A stretch of 61,341 bases of DNA, filler included, from Candidatus Omnitrophota bacterium (GTDB lineage: Bacteria > Omnitrophota > Gorgyraeia > Zapsychrales > Zapsychraceae): assembly GCA_015233495.1 (NCBI GenBank). It is 5 parts of 5 records of this genome, joined end to end, with 100 filler letters (N's around TTAATTAATTAA, not from the genome) between each part and the next. Parts side by side here need not be neighbours in the genome. Positions count along the whole stretch, not along the records: positions 37,522 to 49,442 come from JADFXQ010000054.1; 4 more parts are not named here. One strand, given 5' to 3'. Positions 40,496 to 49,542 of this stretch are shown one piece after another. Numbering within the stretch: the first letter of the stretch is position 1; every line of letters starts with the position of its first letter. A program made the translations under genes and the position numbers. The notes under the pieces were generated by a model that saw only the letters and a list, made by a program, of their open reading frames with translations, did no database searches and had not been told where the DNA came from.

Positions 40496-41985
40496 GACAT
40501 CCTAAATATGACGCTGTCATAGTCGGTGCGGGGATAGGCGGGCTTGTTTGCGGAAGTTATTTGTCCAAACAGGGCTTGAAGGTATTGATCGCCGAACGTC
40601 AAAACAAGCCGGGAGGGTGCTGCACGTCTTTTATGAAAGGCCGTTTGTCCTTTGACGCCGCGGTGCATAATTTTGCGAGCTGTCGTCCAAGAGGCATAAT
40701 GGGGTCAATCTTGGGGGAATTGGGGGTTAACGACCTGCGCTTTGAGCAGAGAAAAATTGTCGATCTGGTTTTCAGCTCCGGGATGAAATTGAAATTTTTT
40801 CGGGATAAAACCCGGACAATTCGCCAGTTCAGCCGGGCCTTCCCCAAAGAAAAAGCCAATATTCAAAAATATTTTGATTTTATCGACTCATTTGATTTTA
40901 CGGCCAATTATGTTTGGTTTTACAAAACGTATGTTGACCGTAAATTTATTGACGTGCTGAAATCCTATTTTTCCGATGAAAAATTAATCGCGTTGTTGTG
41001 CGTTCCGGTTTTAAATGTCAATATGCCGTTTTCTGAAATGTCGGCTTTGTCCGGGATAATGCTTTATCGGGAATATATAATGGACGGCGGATATTACCTG
41101 GATGGGGGTACCCAACGTCTCGCGGATGCCTTGGCGGCGGTTTTTCGCGTCCAGGGAGGAGAACTTCTGTTAAGCAAAAAAGTCGATAGAATTTTGACGC
41201 AGGACAAACTAGCCAAGGCGGTCACTTTATCGGATGGGACGGTTATTGAGGCGCGATATATCGTTGCGAATTGTGACGCGACGCAGGTTTTTTCGCGTTT
41301 GCTAGACGATTCTATTTTCACATCGACATATTTAAAAAAAATGCAAGCCCTTAAGCCGACCATGTCTTTGTTTTCGGTATATTTGGGATTAAAAAATCAA
41401 ATACGCAATGAGGTTAAGGATGCCGGCACGATTTGGCATTTTGATAAATATGATTTTAACCGGAGCTTGATATCGATTTATGCCGGCAGAAAAAAATATT
41501 TGAGCGACGGCTTCGCTTTTTGTGTTGCTCCCAAAGTGTCTGAGGTTGAGGCGGTTGAAGGGACACGGGAAAAAATGTATATTTTCACGAGCGCGAGTTA
41601 TGGAGACCCGGCATATTGGCAGAACAACAAACGACGGCTCACCGGACAACTGATTGAGCGGGTTAAAAAACATTATCCCGGATTGATCCGGGATATATCG
41701 TTTTGCGCGACAGCCACGCCCGGGGATATTGAAAAATTCACCTCTAATTATCGCGGGGCAACTTGTGGTTGGGCGTATTCTTCCCAACAGATCCAATCCC
41801 AAATCGTCAAACGCAACTGCGCTATACGAAATTTGTTTTTTTGCGGACATTGGGTTAATCAGCCCTACCCCGGAGGCGTGCCCGGAGCGGCTTTTAGCGG
41901 TAAGGCTACGGCGGATTTGATCAGGAATCACCTGAATATGACCGCCTCGGCCGAGAAAAAAGAGAGTTTTGTAAACAATGGATGA
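40492..41985 (+). CDS. Phytoene-desaturase-like FAD oxidoreductase 2
   Basis: YDAVIVGAGIGG, KPGGCC, FDAAVH, GGTQRLADAL, ATPGD..FT.NYRGA.GW, NLFFCGHW..PGGV. Confidence 0.88.
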   Translation: MRHPKYDAVIVGAGIGGLVCGSYLSKQGLKVLIAERQNKPGGCCTSFMKGRLSFDAAVHNFASCRPRGIMGSILGELGVNDLRFEQRKIVDLVFSSGMKLKFFRDKTRTIRQFSRAFPKEKANIQKYFDFIDSFDFTANYVWFYKTYVDRKFIDVLKSYFSDEKLIALLCVPVLNVNMPFSEMSALSGIMLYREYIMDGGYYLDGGTQRLADALAAVFRVQGGELLLSKKVDRILTQDKLAKAVTLSDGTVIEARYIVANCDATQVFSRLLDDSIFTSTYLKKMQALKPTMSLFSVYLGLKNQIRNEVKDAGTIWHFDKYDFNRSLISIYAGRKKYLSDGFAFCVAPKVSEVEAVEGTREKMYIFTSASYGDPAYWQNNKRRLTGQLIERVKKHYPGLIRDISFCATATPGDIEKFTSNYRGATCGWAYSSQQIQSQIVKRNCAIRNLFFCGHWVNQPYPGGVPGAAFSGKATADLIRNHLNMTASAEKKESFVNNG

Positions 41986-42559
41986 CGCGAAGTATATATT
42001 ACAAATCATCAAGCGCCGCGCTTCGTCCCGCCGGTATAGCGATAAGCCGGTCCCGCAGGAGGTGATAGATAATATTTTGGAAGCTGGACGATGGGGACCT
42101 TCGGTGCACCGGCAACAGTCGTGGAGATTTATCAGTGTCTCGGATAAGAATACAATTTTACGAATTGCGGATATATGCGATCAAAAAGCGGCTAATCTTG
42201 AAACGGGCGGCAATAATTTTGGCGGTCGGATTATCCGCGGCGCCGCGTTTTGCGTGTTCGCCTACAATACGGGACTATTGAGCGGGCCTTTAAAAAAATT
42301 CAAAAAGATGACATATGCCGAATTGGCGCATTTAGCGGAAATTCAGAGTATAGCGGCAGGCATCCAAAATATGATTCTTACCGCAGAAGGCTATAATTTA
42401 GGCAGCTGTTGGTTAAATATGCCATTGGTTTGTCAACAAGAAATTAACGCCTGTCTAAACGAGCATCAGGAATTAATTGCCGTTGTTACTTTTGGCTTTT
42501 CTCAAGATTCTCCGAAGCGGGAGAATAGGGCGGAAGGTCTGATCCGGAAAATATTATGA
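41978..42559 (+). CDS. Nitroreductase family protein
   Basis: RRASSRRY, AGRWGPS..QSWRF, QNMILTA..LGSCW. Confidence 0.92.
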   Translation: MDDAKYILQIIKRRASSRRYSDKPVPQEVIDNILEAGRWGPSVHRQQSWRFISVSDKNTILRIADICDQKAANLETGGNNFGGRIIRGAAFCVFAYNTGLLSGPLKKFKKMTYAELAHLAEIQSIAAGIQNMILTAEGYNLGSCWLNMPLVCQQEINACLNEHQELIAVVTFGFSQDSPKRENRAEGLIRKIL

Positions 42560-44769
42560 ACGTACTGCATATTTCATCTTATTTTATTATTTTAACGAGT
42601 TTTACATTGTTCATTTTTCTATTGAGTAAATGGAAGTTGAACAGCTCGGTAATGATTATATCCTGGGTCTGTTTTTCGAGCGGTATTTGGGGACTTGCTT
42701 CAAATTTTATTTCGACAATTCCAAAAGAAAATTATCAGTTGGCATATTTGTGGTGGAAAATCGGATATTTTTCGCCGATTTTCGGGGTTATTTTTTATTC
42801 GCATTTTATTATTCATCATTTGCGACTTAATAAAAGATTTTTTATTTATTCCATTTATATTTTAGGACTTATCTCTTTGTTTCTTGTCTGGTTTCGCGAC
42901 TCAGCTTATTTTTTATCAGATATAAGCTTTGTGTTTAATCAGTTCTATTGGCATGATTGGACGATAAGAAAAAACCCTATTTATTTGTTGTTTTATATAT
43001 TTTTTGAATGGGTTATTCTTGTTTATACATTTTATTTGTTATTGCGGGAATATAAGAATTCACAGGGGAATAAACGCAATCAACTAAAATACCTTGTACT
43101 CGGATCTGTTATAGGCTGGATTGGCTGCCAGCTCCAGTACGCGGTTGATTTTGGTTTTTTTCTTTATCCTTATTGCACTTTTTTCATTGGGGTTTATCCG
43201 GCTATTTGGGCCTACGCCATCGTCAAATATCGACTTATGGACATCCGTTTGGCCATGTCCAATGCGGTGATTTTTATTTTTGTTTATGCTTTGGTTTTGG
43301 GCGCGCCTTTTTATGTTTTTTTCTTGGGGCTGAAGTTTTACGCTTTGATTATGGGCATCGGCTTGGCTTCCGCCGGGCCGTTTATTTATAATTTTATTCA
43401 GCGCCGGGCGGAGGCTAAGATTCTTGAGGAGGAGCGGTATTATCAGAAGACGGTGCGGGCTTTGGCGCGGGGGTTGGTTACTTTGCAGACTTTGGACCAG
43501 GTGGCGCATCATTTATGCCATTCTTTGCGCCGGTTGATGAGCATCAGCCGGGCCGCGGTTTATCTGTATCACACTGACGAGCAGTCATATCATTTGCAGA
43601 ATAGCGAAGAGTATGAAGACAAACCTTGCCCGGAGGAAATCTCCAAAGAGGATCCGCTGATCGCGTATTTAAAAACCCGTAACGGCGCGGTATCCGCACA
43701 GGAAATCCATGAGAAACGGCCGGAGTTCGCCGCTGTGCTGCATAATCTGCGGGCGGAAGTGCTGGTCTCCATGATACACGGCGAGCGCAATGACGCGCGT
43801 TTGCTGGGAGTGCTGGTTTTAGGCAGTAAAGATTTTGGCGCGGCATACACGCCCGGAGATTTGGACACTTTGAATTTTCTCTCCGGTCTGGCCGCGGTAT
43901 CGATTGAGGCGTGCCGTTCGATTCACGCGACAACCGAGAAGATCAAGGAAGAAGGCGCGGCTATCCGCCGGCGATCTTTGGATAACATGGTATCAACGAT
44001 GGCGCATGAGATAGATAATCCGATCGGAGGTTTAACTTTAATGGGATCTATGTTTAAAGATTATTTATCCACGAATCCGCCGGGCTTTTCTCCCGAGGCG
44101 GTCGCCGAAACTCAAAAAAAAATATCGGAAATTCTCGAGTGCGCCGAACGGGTGTCTAAAATCATCGCATATATCGAAGAATATTCGCGCGGCGGGACCG
44201 GCAGGGTCGGTTCGGTGGATATTTATGCCGCGCATGAGGGATATTCGATTTTGCATCAGGTTATTAGCAAACAATATCGTAAAGAGGCGGTCAATTATAC
44301 CGAAGAAATCGAACCCAATTTGCCGATGGTTTTGGGCGATAAAGTTTTGTTAGAAGAGATTTTCGCGAATTACACGGAGAACGCTTATCACGCCGTGAAA
44401 CGAAATAATCAAGAAGAAAAAAAAGTCGCTCTTAAAATTTTCCGGAAAAACGGTAATTATATCCGCATTGAAGTGGTAGACAACGGCTACGGGGTGGTGG
44501 GCAAGCCGAAAGAAGATTTATTCAATGTGCCGGTGACTACCAAAGGGTCAATGGAAGGCACGGGATTGGGCTGTTACCGGGTGCGGCAGATTTGCGAAAT
44601 CATTGACGCGAAATACGGATTCGAGTCAGAGGGCCGGGACAAAGGCGCGAAGTTTTTTGTCGAAGTGCGGGTAGCGCCGCCGGACACTCCGAAAAACGAA
44701 ACCCATTTGGAAATGCGCAGTGACTGGTTTTTCAAGGGGAAGAAAAACGCGGAATCAGAGCAGACGTGA
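42556..44769 (+). CDS. Sensor histidine kinase with multi-TM (HisKA_7TM-like) N-terminus and GAF-like domain
   Basis: Multiple TMs ending YAIVKYRLMDI; H-box MAHEIDNP; N-box NAYHA; DNGYG; GTGLG. Confidence 0.9.
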   Translation: MNVLHISSYFIILTSFTLFIFLLSKWKLNSSVMIISWVCFSSGIWGLASNFISTIPKENYQLAYLWWKIGYFSPIFGVIFYSHFIIHHLRLNKRFFIYSIYILGLISLFLVWFRDSAYFLSDISFVFNQFYWHDWTIRKNPIYLLFYIFFEWVILVYTFYLLLREYKNSQGNKRNQLKYLVLGSVIGWIGCQLQYAVDFGFFLYPYCTFFIGVYPAIWAYAIVKYRLMDIRLAMSNAVIFIFVYALVLGAPFYVFFLGLKFYALIMGIGLASAGPFIYNFIQRRAEAKILEEERYYQKTVRALARGLVTLQTLDQVAHHLCHSLRRLMSISRAAVYLYHTDEQSYHLQNSEEYEDKPCPEEISKEDPLIAYLKTRNGAVSAQEIHEKRPEFAAVLHNLRAEVLVSMIHGERNDARLLGVLVLGSKDFGAAYTPGDLDTLNFLSGLAAVSIEACRSIHATTEKIKEEGAAIRRRSLDNMVSTMAHEIDNPIGGLTLMGSMFKDYLSTNPPGFSPEAVAETQKKISEILECAERVSKIIAYIEEYSRGGTGRVGSVDIYAAHEGYSILHQVISKQYRKEAVNYTEEIEPNLPMVLGDKVLLEEIFANYTENAYHAVKRNNQEEKKVALKIFRKNGNYIRIEVVDNGYGVVGKPKEDLFNVPVTTKGSMEGTGLGCYRVRQICEIIDAKYGFESEGRDKGAKFFVEVRVAPPDTPKNETHLEMRSDWFFKGKKNAESEQT

Positions 44770-44827
44770 AATAGATTAAATATCGTAATCTTTTTAATTC
44801 GCAGGATACCAAAAGGAGAAAACGGTT

Positions 44828-45133
44828 ATGAAAAAAATGTTAATGGGTTTTTTATGCTTTTTATTATTTACTGTTCCGGCGTACGCTTTTCTTTATGAAG
44901 TCCAGGCTTTGTCGAAAGAGGAGTTGAAAAAATTGTCGAACGAACAGTTGACGGATGTTTACACCGACGCGGTGATCGAACGCCGGGCCACTGAGGTGTT
45001 TTTTACCCGGGCGGGATTGACGCCCAAAGAATACGCGCAATTTAAAGACTTGTTGAAATTTATCGTGCGGTTGCGTCAGGAGATGGTCGAGCGAAAAATC
45101 GACGTTCCGCCGATCGAGGATTGGGTAAAATAA
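44828..45133 (+). CDS. Small exported hypothetical protein
   Basis: AAGGAG RBS, signal peptide ending AYA. Confidence 0.75.
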   Translation: MKKMLMGFLCFLLFTVPAYAFLYEVQALSKEELKKLSNEQLTDVYTDAVIERRATEVFFTRAGLTPKEYAQFKDLLKFIVRLRQEMVERKIDVPPIEDWVK

Positions 45134-45159
45134 TTTAATATAATGGGGAAAGATTCAAA

Positions 45160-45714
45160 ATGCCGTTACAACATAAAGATAAACCGCGGTTATTGGAAAT
45201 GGTCAAACAGGAAGCGTATTTCCCGGGCAAGGTTATTTTATCGTCGGGAAAGGAGAGCGATTATTATATTGACGCCCGGCGTTTGACCCTGCACCCGGAA
45301 GGCGTGACCTTGATCAGCCGGATTCTTTTAGATATGGTAAAAGGCGATTATCCCGACGCGATGGGTGGGATGACCTTAGGCGCTGACCCGCTGGTCGGGG
45401 CGCTCGGAGTTTTGAGTTTTCAGGCCGGCCGGCCGGTTAAAACATTTATTATCCGCAAAGCCGCCAAGGCCCACGGCCGGCAAAAACAAGTCGAAGGACC
45501 GGACCTCAAACCGGGGATGAATATCGTGCTGATCGACGATGTGGCAACCACGGGCAAGGCGTTTTTAGAATCCTTAGATGTGTTCGACGCTTTAGGGATT
45601 CAATGCCGCCGGGCGATCTGTGTGGTTAACCGAGACGAAGGCGCGAAGGAGGCCTTGGCCGCGCGGGGCTGTCAATTGTTGAGCATTTTTGATATCCGGG
45701 AAATTCATTCATGA
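45160..45714 (+). CDS. pyrE: Orotate phosphoribosyltransferase
   Basis: LSSGKESDYYID, GADP, RKAAKAHG, LIDDVATTG. Confidence 0.95.
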   Translation: MPLQHKDKPRLLEMVKQEAYFPGKVILSSGKESDYYIDARRLTLHPEGVTLISRILLDMVKGDYPDAMGGMTLGADPLVGALGVLSFQAGRPVKTFIIRKAAKAHGRQKQVEGPDLKPGMNIVLIDDVATTGKAFLESLDVFDALGIQCRRAICVVNRDEGAKEALAARGCQLLSIFDIREIHS

Positions 45715-47036
45715 ACAAAATTATTTTGGCCTCAGCTTCCGCCCAGCGGAAAAAATTATTGGCTATGCTGGGCCTGGAATTCCGGGTAATTCCCAGTCAG
45801 GCCCCGGAACAGAAAAAGATCACCACTACCTGCGCGGCGCTTGTGCAGGCCAATGCCTTGGCCAAAGCCCGGGAAGTGGCCGGTCGTTTGGACAAGGGCA
45901 TTGTCATCGGCGCGGATTCCGTGGTTTATCTGGGTGGCAAGCAAATGATCGGCAAGCCGCGCGATCTGAAAGAGGCGAAAAAAAATCTGAAGCTTTTGTT
46001 TGCGCGGCCGCATTGGGTTTATACCGGCGTGGCCGTGATTGACGCCGCTACCGGCAAACAGCAGGTAGATTATGAGAAAACCAAAATTTTTATGACGGCT
46101 TTGTCTGACGCGGAGGTTGACCGGTATCACCGGATTATTCCGCCGCTGGATAAGGCGGGCGGGTTTGACATCGAAGGCTGGGGGAGCGTGTTTATCCGCC
46201 GGATTGAAGGGTGCTATACCAATGTCATCGGTTTGCCCATGGCGAAATTGTTCGTGATTTTAAAAAAATTCGGCGTCACGGTTTTGGGCGTTTTATTGGT
46301 TTGCGGTTTGTCTGCCTGCTCCAGTGAATTCAATCTGGCCACCGGCAAGCAAGAAACCTTGATGTATGACACGGACAAGGATGTCAACATTGGAGACAGT
46401 GTGGACCAGCAGATCCTGCGTCAGTATAAAGTGGTGGCAGACGTGGATGTTAATGAGCGGGTGAAAGGGATTTTAAAACGGATCACCGCGGTTTGCGATC
46501 GCAAGGATTTTGTGTATTTTATCCGTATTCTCGAGGAAAAAGATATTAACGCGGTCAGCTTGCCCGGCGGATATGTCTATGTTTTTAGCGGATTGATTGA
46601 TAAAGTGAAAAATGACGATCAATTGGCGGGCGTTATCGCCCATGAGGTAGGGCATATCACGGCGCGCCACGGCGTGAAAAGACAGCAGGCCGCGTATCAG
46701 GCTTTGTTGTTACAGATTCTTGCCACCCGGACAAATGGTTCAACCGCGGCTGGGGTGGGGCTGGCATTAGAATCGCTTTTTATCGCTTATTCGCAGGAAG
46801 ATGAGTTGGAGGCGGATCGGCTTGCCGTGAAATATACCAAATTAGCCGGTTATAAACCGGAAGAGATTAACGGTTTTTTTCGCATTTTAAAAGCGGAACA
46901 GGCGAAAGAACCGAGCCGGCAATTCAGTTATTGGCGCACGCATCCTTACATCGCCAAACGGATTGCCGCGGTCAATCAAGCGATTCATGGAAAAATGGAA
47001 TTTCGTGATTATTTAAATTTGACGGAGCCGCAATGA
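45711..47036 (+). CDS. maf: Fusion of Maf NTP pyrophosphatase and M48 metallopeptidase
   Basis: ILASAS, GADSVV, GKP, DKAGG, NVIGLP; then hydrophobic LSAC segment; NAVSLPGG, AHEVGH, ELEAD, THP. Confidence 0.88.
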   Translation: MNKIILASASAQRKKLLAMLGLEFRVIPSQAPEQKKITTTCAALVQANALAKAREVAGRLDKGIVIGADSVVYLGGKQMIGKPRDLKEAKKNLKLLFARPHWVYTGVAVIDAATGKQQVDYEKTKIFMTALSDAEVDRYHRIIPPLDKAGGFDIEGWGSVFIRRIEGCYTNVIGLPMAKLFVILKKFGVTVLGVLLVCGLSACSSEFNLATGKQETLMYDTDKDVNIGDSVDQQILRQYKVVADVDVNERVKGILKRITAVCDRKDFVYFIRILEEKDINAVSLPGGYVYVFSGLIDKVKNDDQLAGVIAHEVGHITARHGVKRQQAAYQALLLQILATRTNGSTAAGVGLALESLFIAYSQEDELEADRLAVKYTKLAGYKPEEINGFFRILKAEQAKEPSRQFSYWRTHPYIAKRIAAVNQAIHGKMEFRDYLNLTEPQ

Positions 47037-47088
47037 AAGATAAGCAGCGCTGTCCGGTTCTTTAATCCAGACAAATATTTGAGGCATA

Positions 47089-47532
47089 ATGCGTTATCGA
47101 TATCTGACACCATTTATTATTATTTGTTGTTTGCTGTATGGTTGCCGGTTGGGGCAGGTTGGCGCGGGGCAGAAGGTTTGTCTGCGGGGACAATGCTTTG
47201 CCGTAGAAATTGCGGATACGCCGGCGAAATGGATCCGCGGCTTGCAGGAGCGGCAAAATATGCCCTTAGACCAAGGGATGTTATTTGTTTTCCCGAAGAG
47301 CGAGCCGCATATTTTTTGGATGAAAGACACCTTGATCCCGTTGGATATGATCTGGATGGATGATTCCCGCCGGGTGATTTATATTGAAAAAAATGCCCCG
47401 CCGTGTTTGGCGGAACCTTGCGCGACTTTTGGATCTGCCTATAATAATTCTTTATATGTGCTGGAGCTGAACTCGGGTCAGGCGGAAAAAATTGGTCTGC
47501 GGCCCGGCGAGGTTTTAGATTTTAAATTTTAG
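47089..47532 (+). CDS. DUF192 family exported protein
   Basis: VEIADT..GL, GMLFVF, FWMKDT.IPLD, YVLEL. Confidence 0.92.
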   Translation: MRYRYLTPFIIICCLLYGCRLGQVGAGQKVCLRGQCFAVEIADTPAKWIRGLQERQNMPLDQGMLFVFPKSEPHIFWMKDTLIPLDMIWMDDSRRVIYIEKNAPPCLAEPCATFGSAYNNSLYVLELNSGQAEKIGLRPGEVLDFKF

Positions 47533-48940
47533 TTTTTCCGGCAACATGGGCGCTTAAACCGTAAAGCATTTCCGCGGTTTCCATGATGGTTTCCGACAGA
47601 GTCGGATGAGGATGAATGGCATGAGCGATAGCTTCCGCCTTAAGCCCGGCCTGCATGGCGAGTACGCCTTGACTGATCATTTCTCCGGCATGAGCGCCGG
47701 CAATCTGCATGCCTAATATTTTTTCCGTATTTGGATCCATCAAAATTTTCGTCAAGCCTTCCGGGTGATTTGTCGCCAGCGCTTTTCCTGAAGCCGCCCA
47801 GAGAAATTTTGCTACCTTTACGGCAACGCCTTTTTCTTCCGCTTCAGTTTCCGTTAGCCCGCACCAGGCGATTTGGGGACGGGTAAAAATTACACCCGGA
47901 ATCACCGGCGCTCCATAAGAAAGTTTTTTTTCCAAAATATTAGCGACCGCGATTTTTGCTTCATATGAAGCTTTATGGGCGAGCATGGGTTGGCCGGTTA
48001 TATCCCCGATCGCGTAAATATTGGGTTCGGCGGTTTGCCGGAAATCATTAACGGCAATAAAGCCGCGGGGATCGATTTGGATTTTGGTATGCGCTAACCC
48101 TAAATCCGTCGTATTCGGCTGACGGCCGACCGATACGAGAATTTTATTGAAATATTCTTTTGTAATTTGTCCTTTGCTGTTTGTAAAATTCACGTTAAAG
48201 CCGTTGGTTTGCGGTTCGACCGCGGTGACAGTTGTGCCTGTCAGGATGGCCGAGCAAGCCGTACGCAGATTTTTGAGTAAAATACCGGCAATATCCCGGT
48301 CGAGATTTGGTAAAAGCCGCGGTAAAGCTTCCGAAATCGTAACTTTTGCGCCTAAGCTGGAATAAATAGTCGCCATTTCCAAGCCAATATATCCCCCGCC
48401 GATAATCAATAATTTCTCCGGAATTTGTGCGATCTCTAAACTTTGCGTGGAATTCAGGATGCCCGGGTTTTCGGGCAAGAAAGGCAGTTTTATCGGTGAA
48501 GAGCCAGTGGCCAGAATCGCCTGATCAAATTTAATGTTTTGTTCTTCGCCGTTCAAAAGGCGGATTATCGCGCTGTTCGCGCTTAATAAGGAAGCGCGAC
48601 CTTGAATAAAGGTGATTTTTCTTTGTTTGCAGAGCGCGGTTAAGCCTAAGGTCAGGCGTTGGACAACGCTGTTTTTCCAGGTTCGTAATTTATCAAGATT
48701 AAGATGTGCCGGGCCAAATTCTAACCCGAGTTGCGCGGCGTCCTGAGTATCCCGGATGATTTGACCGGCATAAAGCAGGGCTTTGGAAGGGATGCACCCG
48801 CAATGCAAACACACGCCGCCTGGGGAGTTACGTTCGTCAACTAAGGTAACATTAACGCCGAGGTCGGCTGCCAGAAACGTGGCCACATATCCGCCGGGTC
48901 CGGCGCCGATGATCACGAGTTGGGTGTGGGAGGAAGACAT
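47522..48940 (-). CDS. lpdA: Dihydrolipoyl dehydrogenase
   Basis: GAGPGGY, GGVCLHCGCIPSK, GGGYIGLE, HPHPTLSE. Confidence 0.96.
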   Translation of the reverse strand: MSSSHTQLVIIGAGPGGYVATFLAADLGVNVTLVDERNSPGGVCLHCGCIPSKALLYAGQIIRDTQDAAQLGLEFGPAHLNLDKLRTWKNSVVQRLTLGLTALCKQRKITFIQGRASLLSANSAIIRLLNGEEQNIKFDQAILATGSSPIKLPFLPENPGILNSTQSLEIAQIPEKLLIIGGGYIGLEMATIYSSLGAKVTISEALPRLLPNLDRDIAGILLKNLRTACSAILTGTTVTAVEPQTNGFNVNFTNSKGQITKEYFNKILVSVGRQPNTTDLGLAHTKIQIDPRGFIAVNDFRQTAEPNIYAIGDITGQPMLAHKASYEAKIAVANILEKKLSYGAPVIPGVIFTRPQIAWCGLTETEAEEKGVAVKVAKFLWAASGKALATNHPEGLTKILMDPNTEKILGMQIAGAHAGEMISQGVLAMQAGLKAEAIAHAIHPHPTLSETIMETAEMLYGLSAHVAGKTKI

Positions 48941-49002
48941 GATCTGAAAGAATGGCTCGGCGGCTCCGTTCGACTCCTTTGGAGTTTGGTTTTAATATAT
49001 AA

Positions 49003-49084
49003 TGCCGAAGATGGGAGTCGAACCCACAATCCTTGCGGAACTACGCCCTGAACGTAGCGTGTATGCCAGTTTCACCACTTCGGC
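49003..49084 (-). tRNA. tRNA-Leu(CAG)
   Basis: GCCGAAG/CTTCGGC acceptor stem, CTACG-TTCAGGG-CGTAG anticodon arm, long variable arm, GTTCGAC; CCA not encoded. Confidence 0.96.
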
Positions 49085-49121
49085 AAAGGTTTTCCAACGG
49101 AAAACCTTTGCCGAAGTGGTG
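49073..49121. repeat. Perfect 23-bp inverted repeat overlapping the tRNA-Leu 5' end
   Basis: CACCACTTCGGCAAAGGTTTTCC-AAC-GGAAAACCTTTGCCGAAGTGGTG. Confidence 0.92.
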
Positions 49122-49243
49122 GCCCCGCGTTTCCCTAAAAAAAGCGGAAGCGCGTGATCACCACTATCGGAGGGGGTGTCCCGTATAGGAAAATCGATTA
49201 ACAATAATAACGCAATAAATTTAAAATTTTTATTAAGCGCTCA

Positions 49244-49272
49244 AGTATAGTAATAAATTTTGTGGCTGTCAA
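49244..49272 (-). promoter_or_regulatory. Sigma70 promoter of tRNA-Leu
   Basis: TTGACA-17 nt-TATACT on the minus strand. Confidence 0.78.
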
Positions 49273-49315
49273 GGGAGCGGGTATTTTTTCTTAAATCCCT
49301 GTTTATTAAAATTCA

Positions 49316-49442
49316 TGTAACGCCAAAATGATAATGTCCTAATTGGCCAAAATGAAAATGTCCTAATCTGATAACATACCATAACGATAAAAAGGGGGCG
49401 TTATGGTTGACAGAGAGGATATGGTTATGGTTAGGACGGAAG
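49316..49442 (+). mobile_element. IS left end (IS1202/ISNCY-like), copy 2
   Basis: TGTAAC terminus; GCCAAAATGA(T/A)AATGTCCTAAT at 49322 and 49346; RBS and ATG 49403 (MVDREDMVMVRTE). Confidence 0.85.
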
Positions 49443-49542
49443 NNNNNNNNNNNNNNNNNNNNNNNNNNNNNNNNNNNNNNNNNNNNTTAATTAATTAANN
49501 NNNNNNNNNNNNNNNNNNNNNNNNNNNNNNNNNNNNNNNNNN
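49443..49542. other. Artificial contig linker
   Basis: N-flanked TTAATTAATTAA, 100 nt. Confidence 0.97.

Noticed and set aside
39074..41985. Carotenoid biosynthesis cluster
   Set aside because: No phytoene synthase or prenyltransferase; coupled to an ACP instead
49285..49315. XerCD/dif-like target next to the IS1202-like ends
   Set aside because: Flanks are only AT-rich; no convincing 11-6-11 site at either copy
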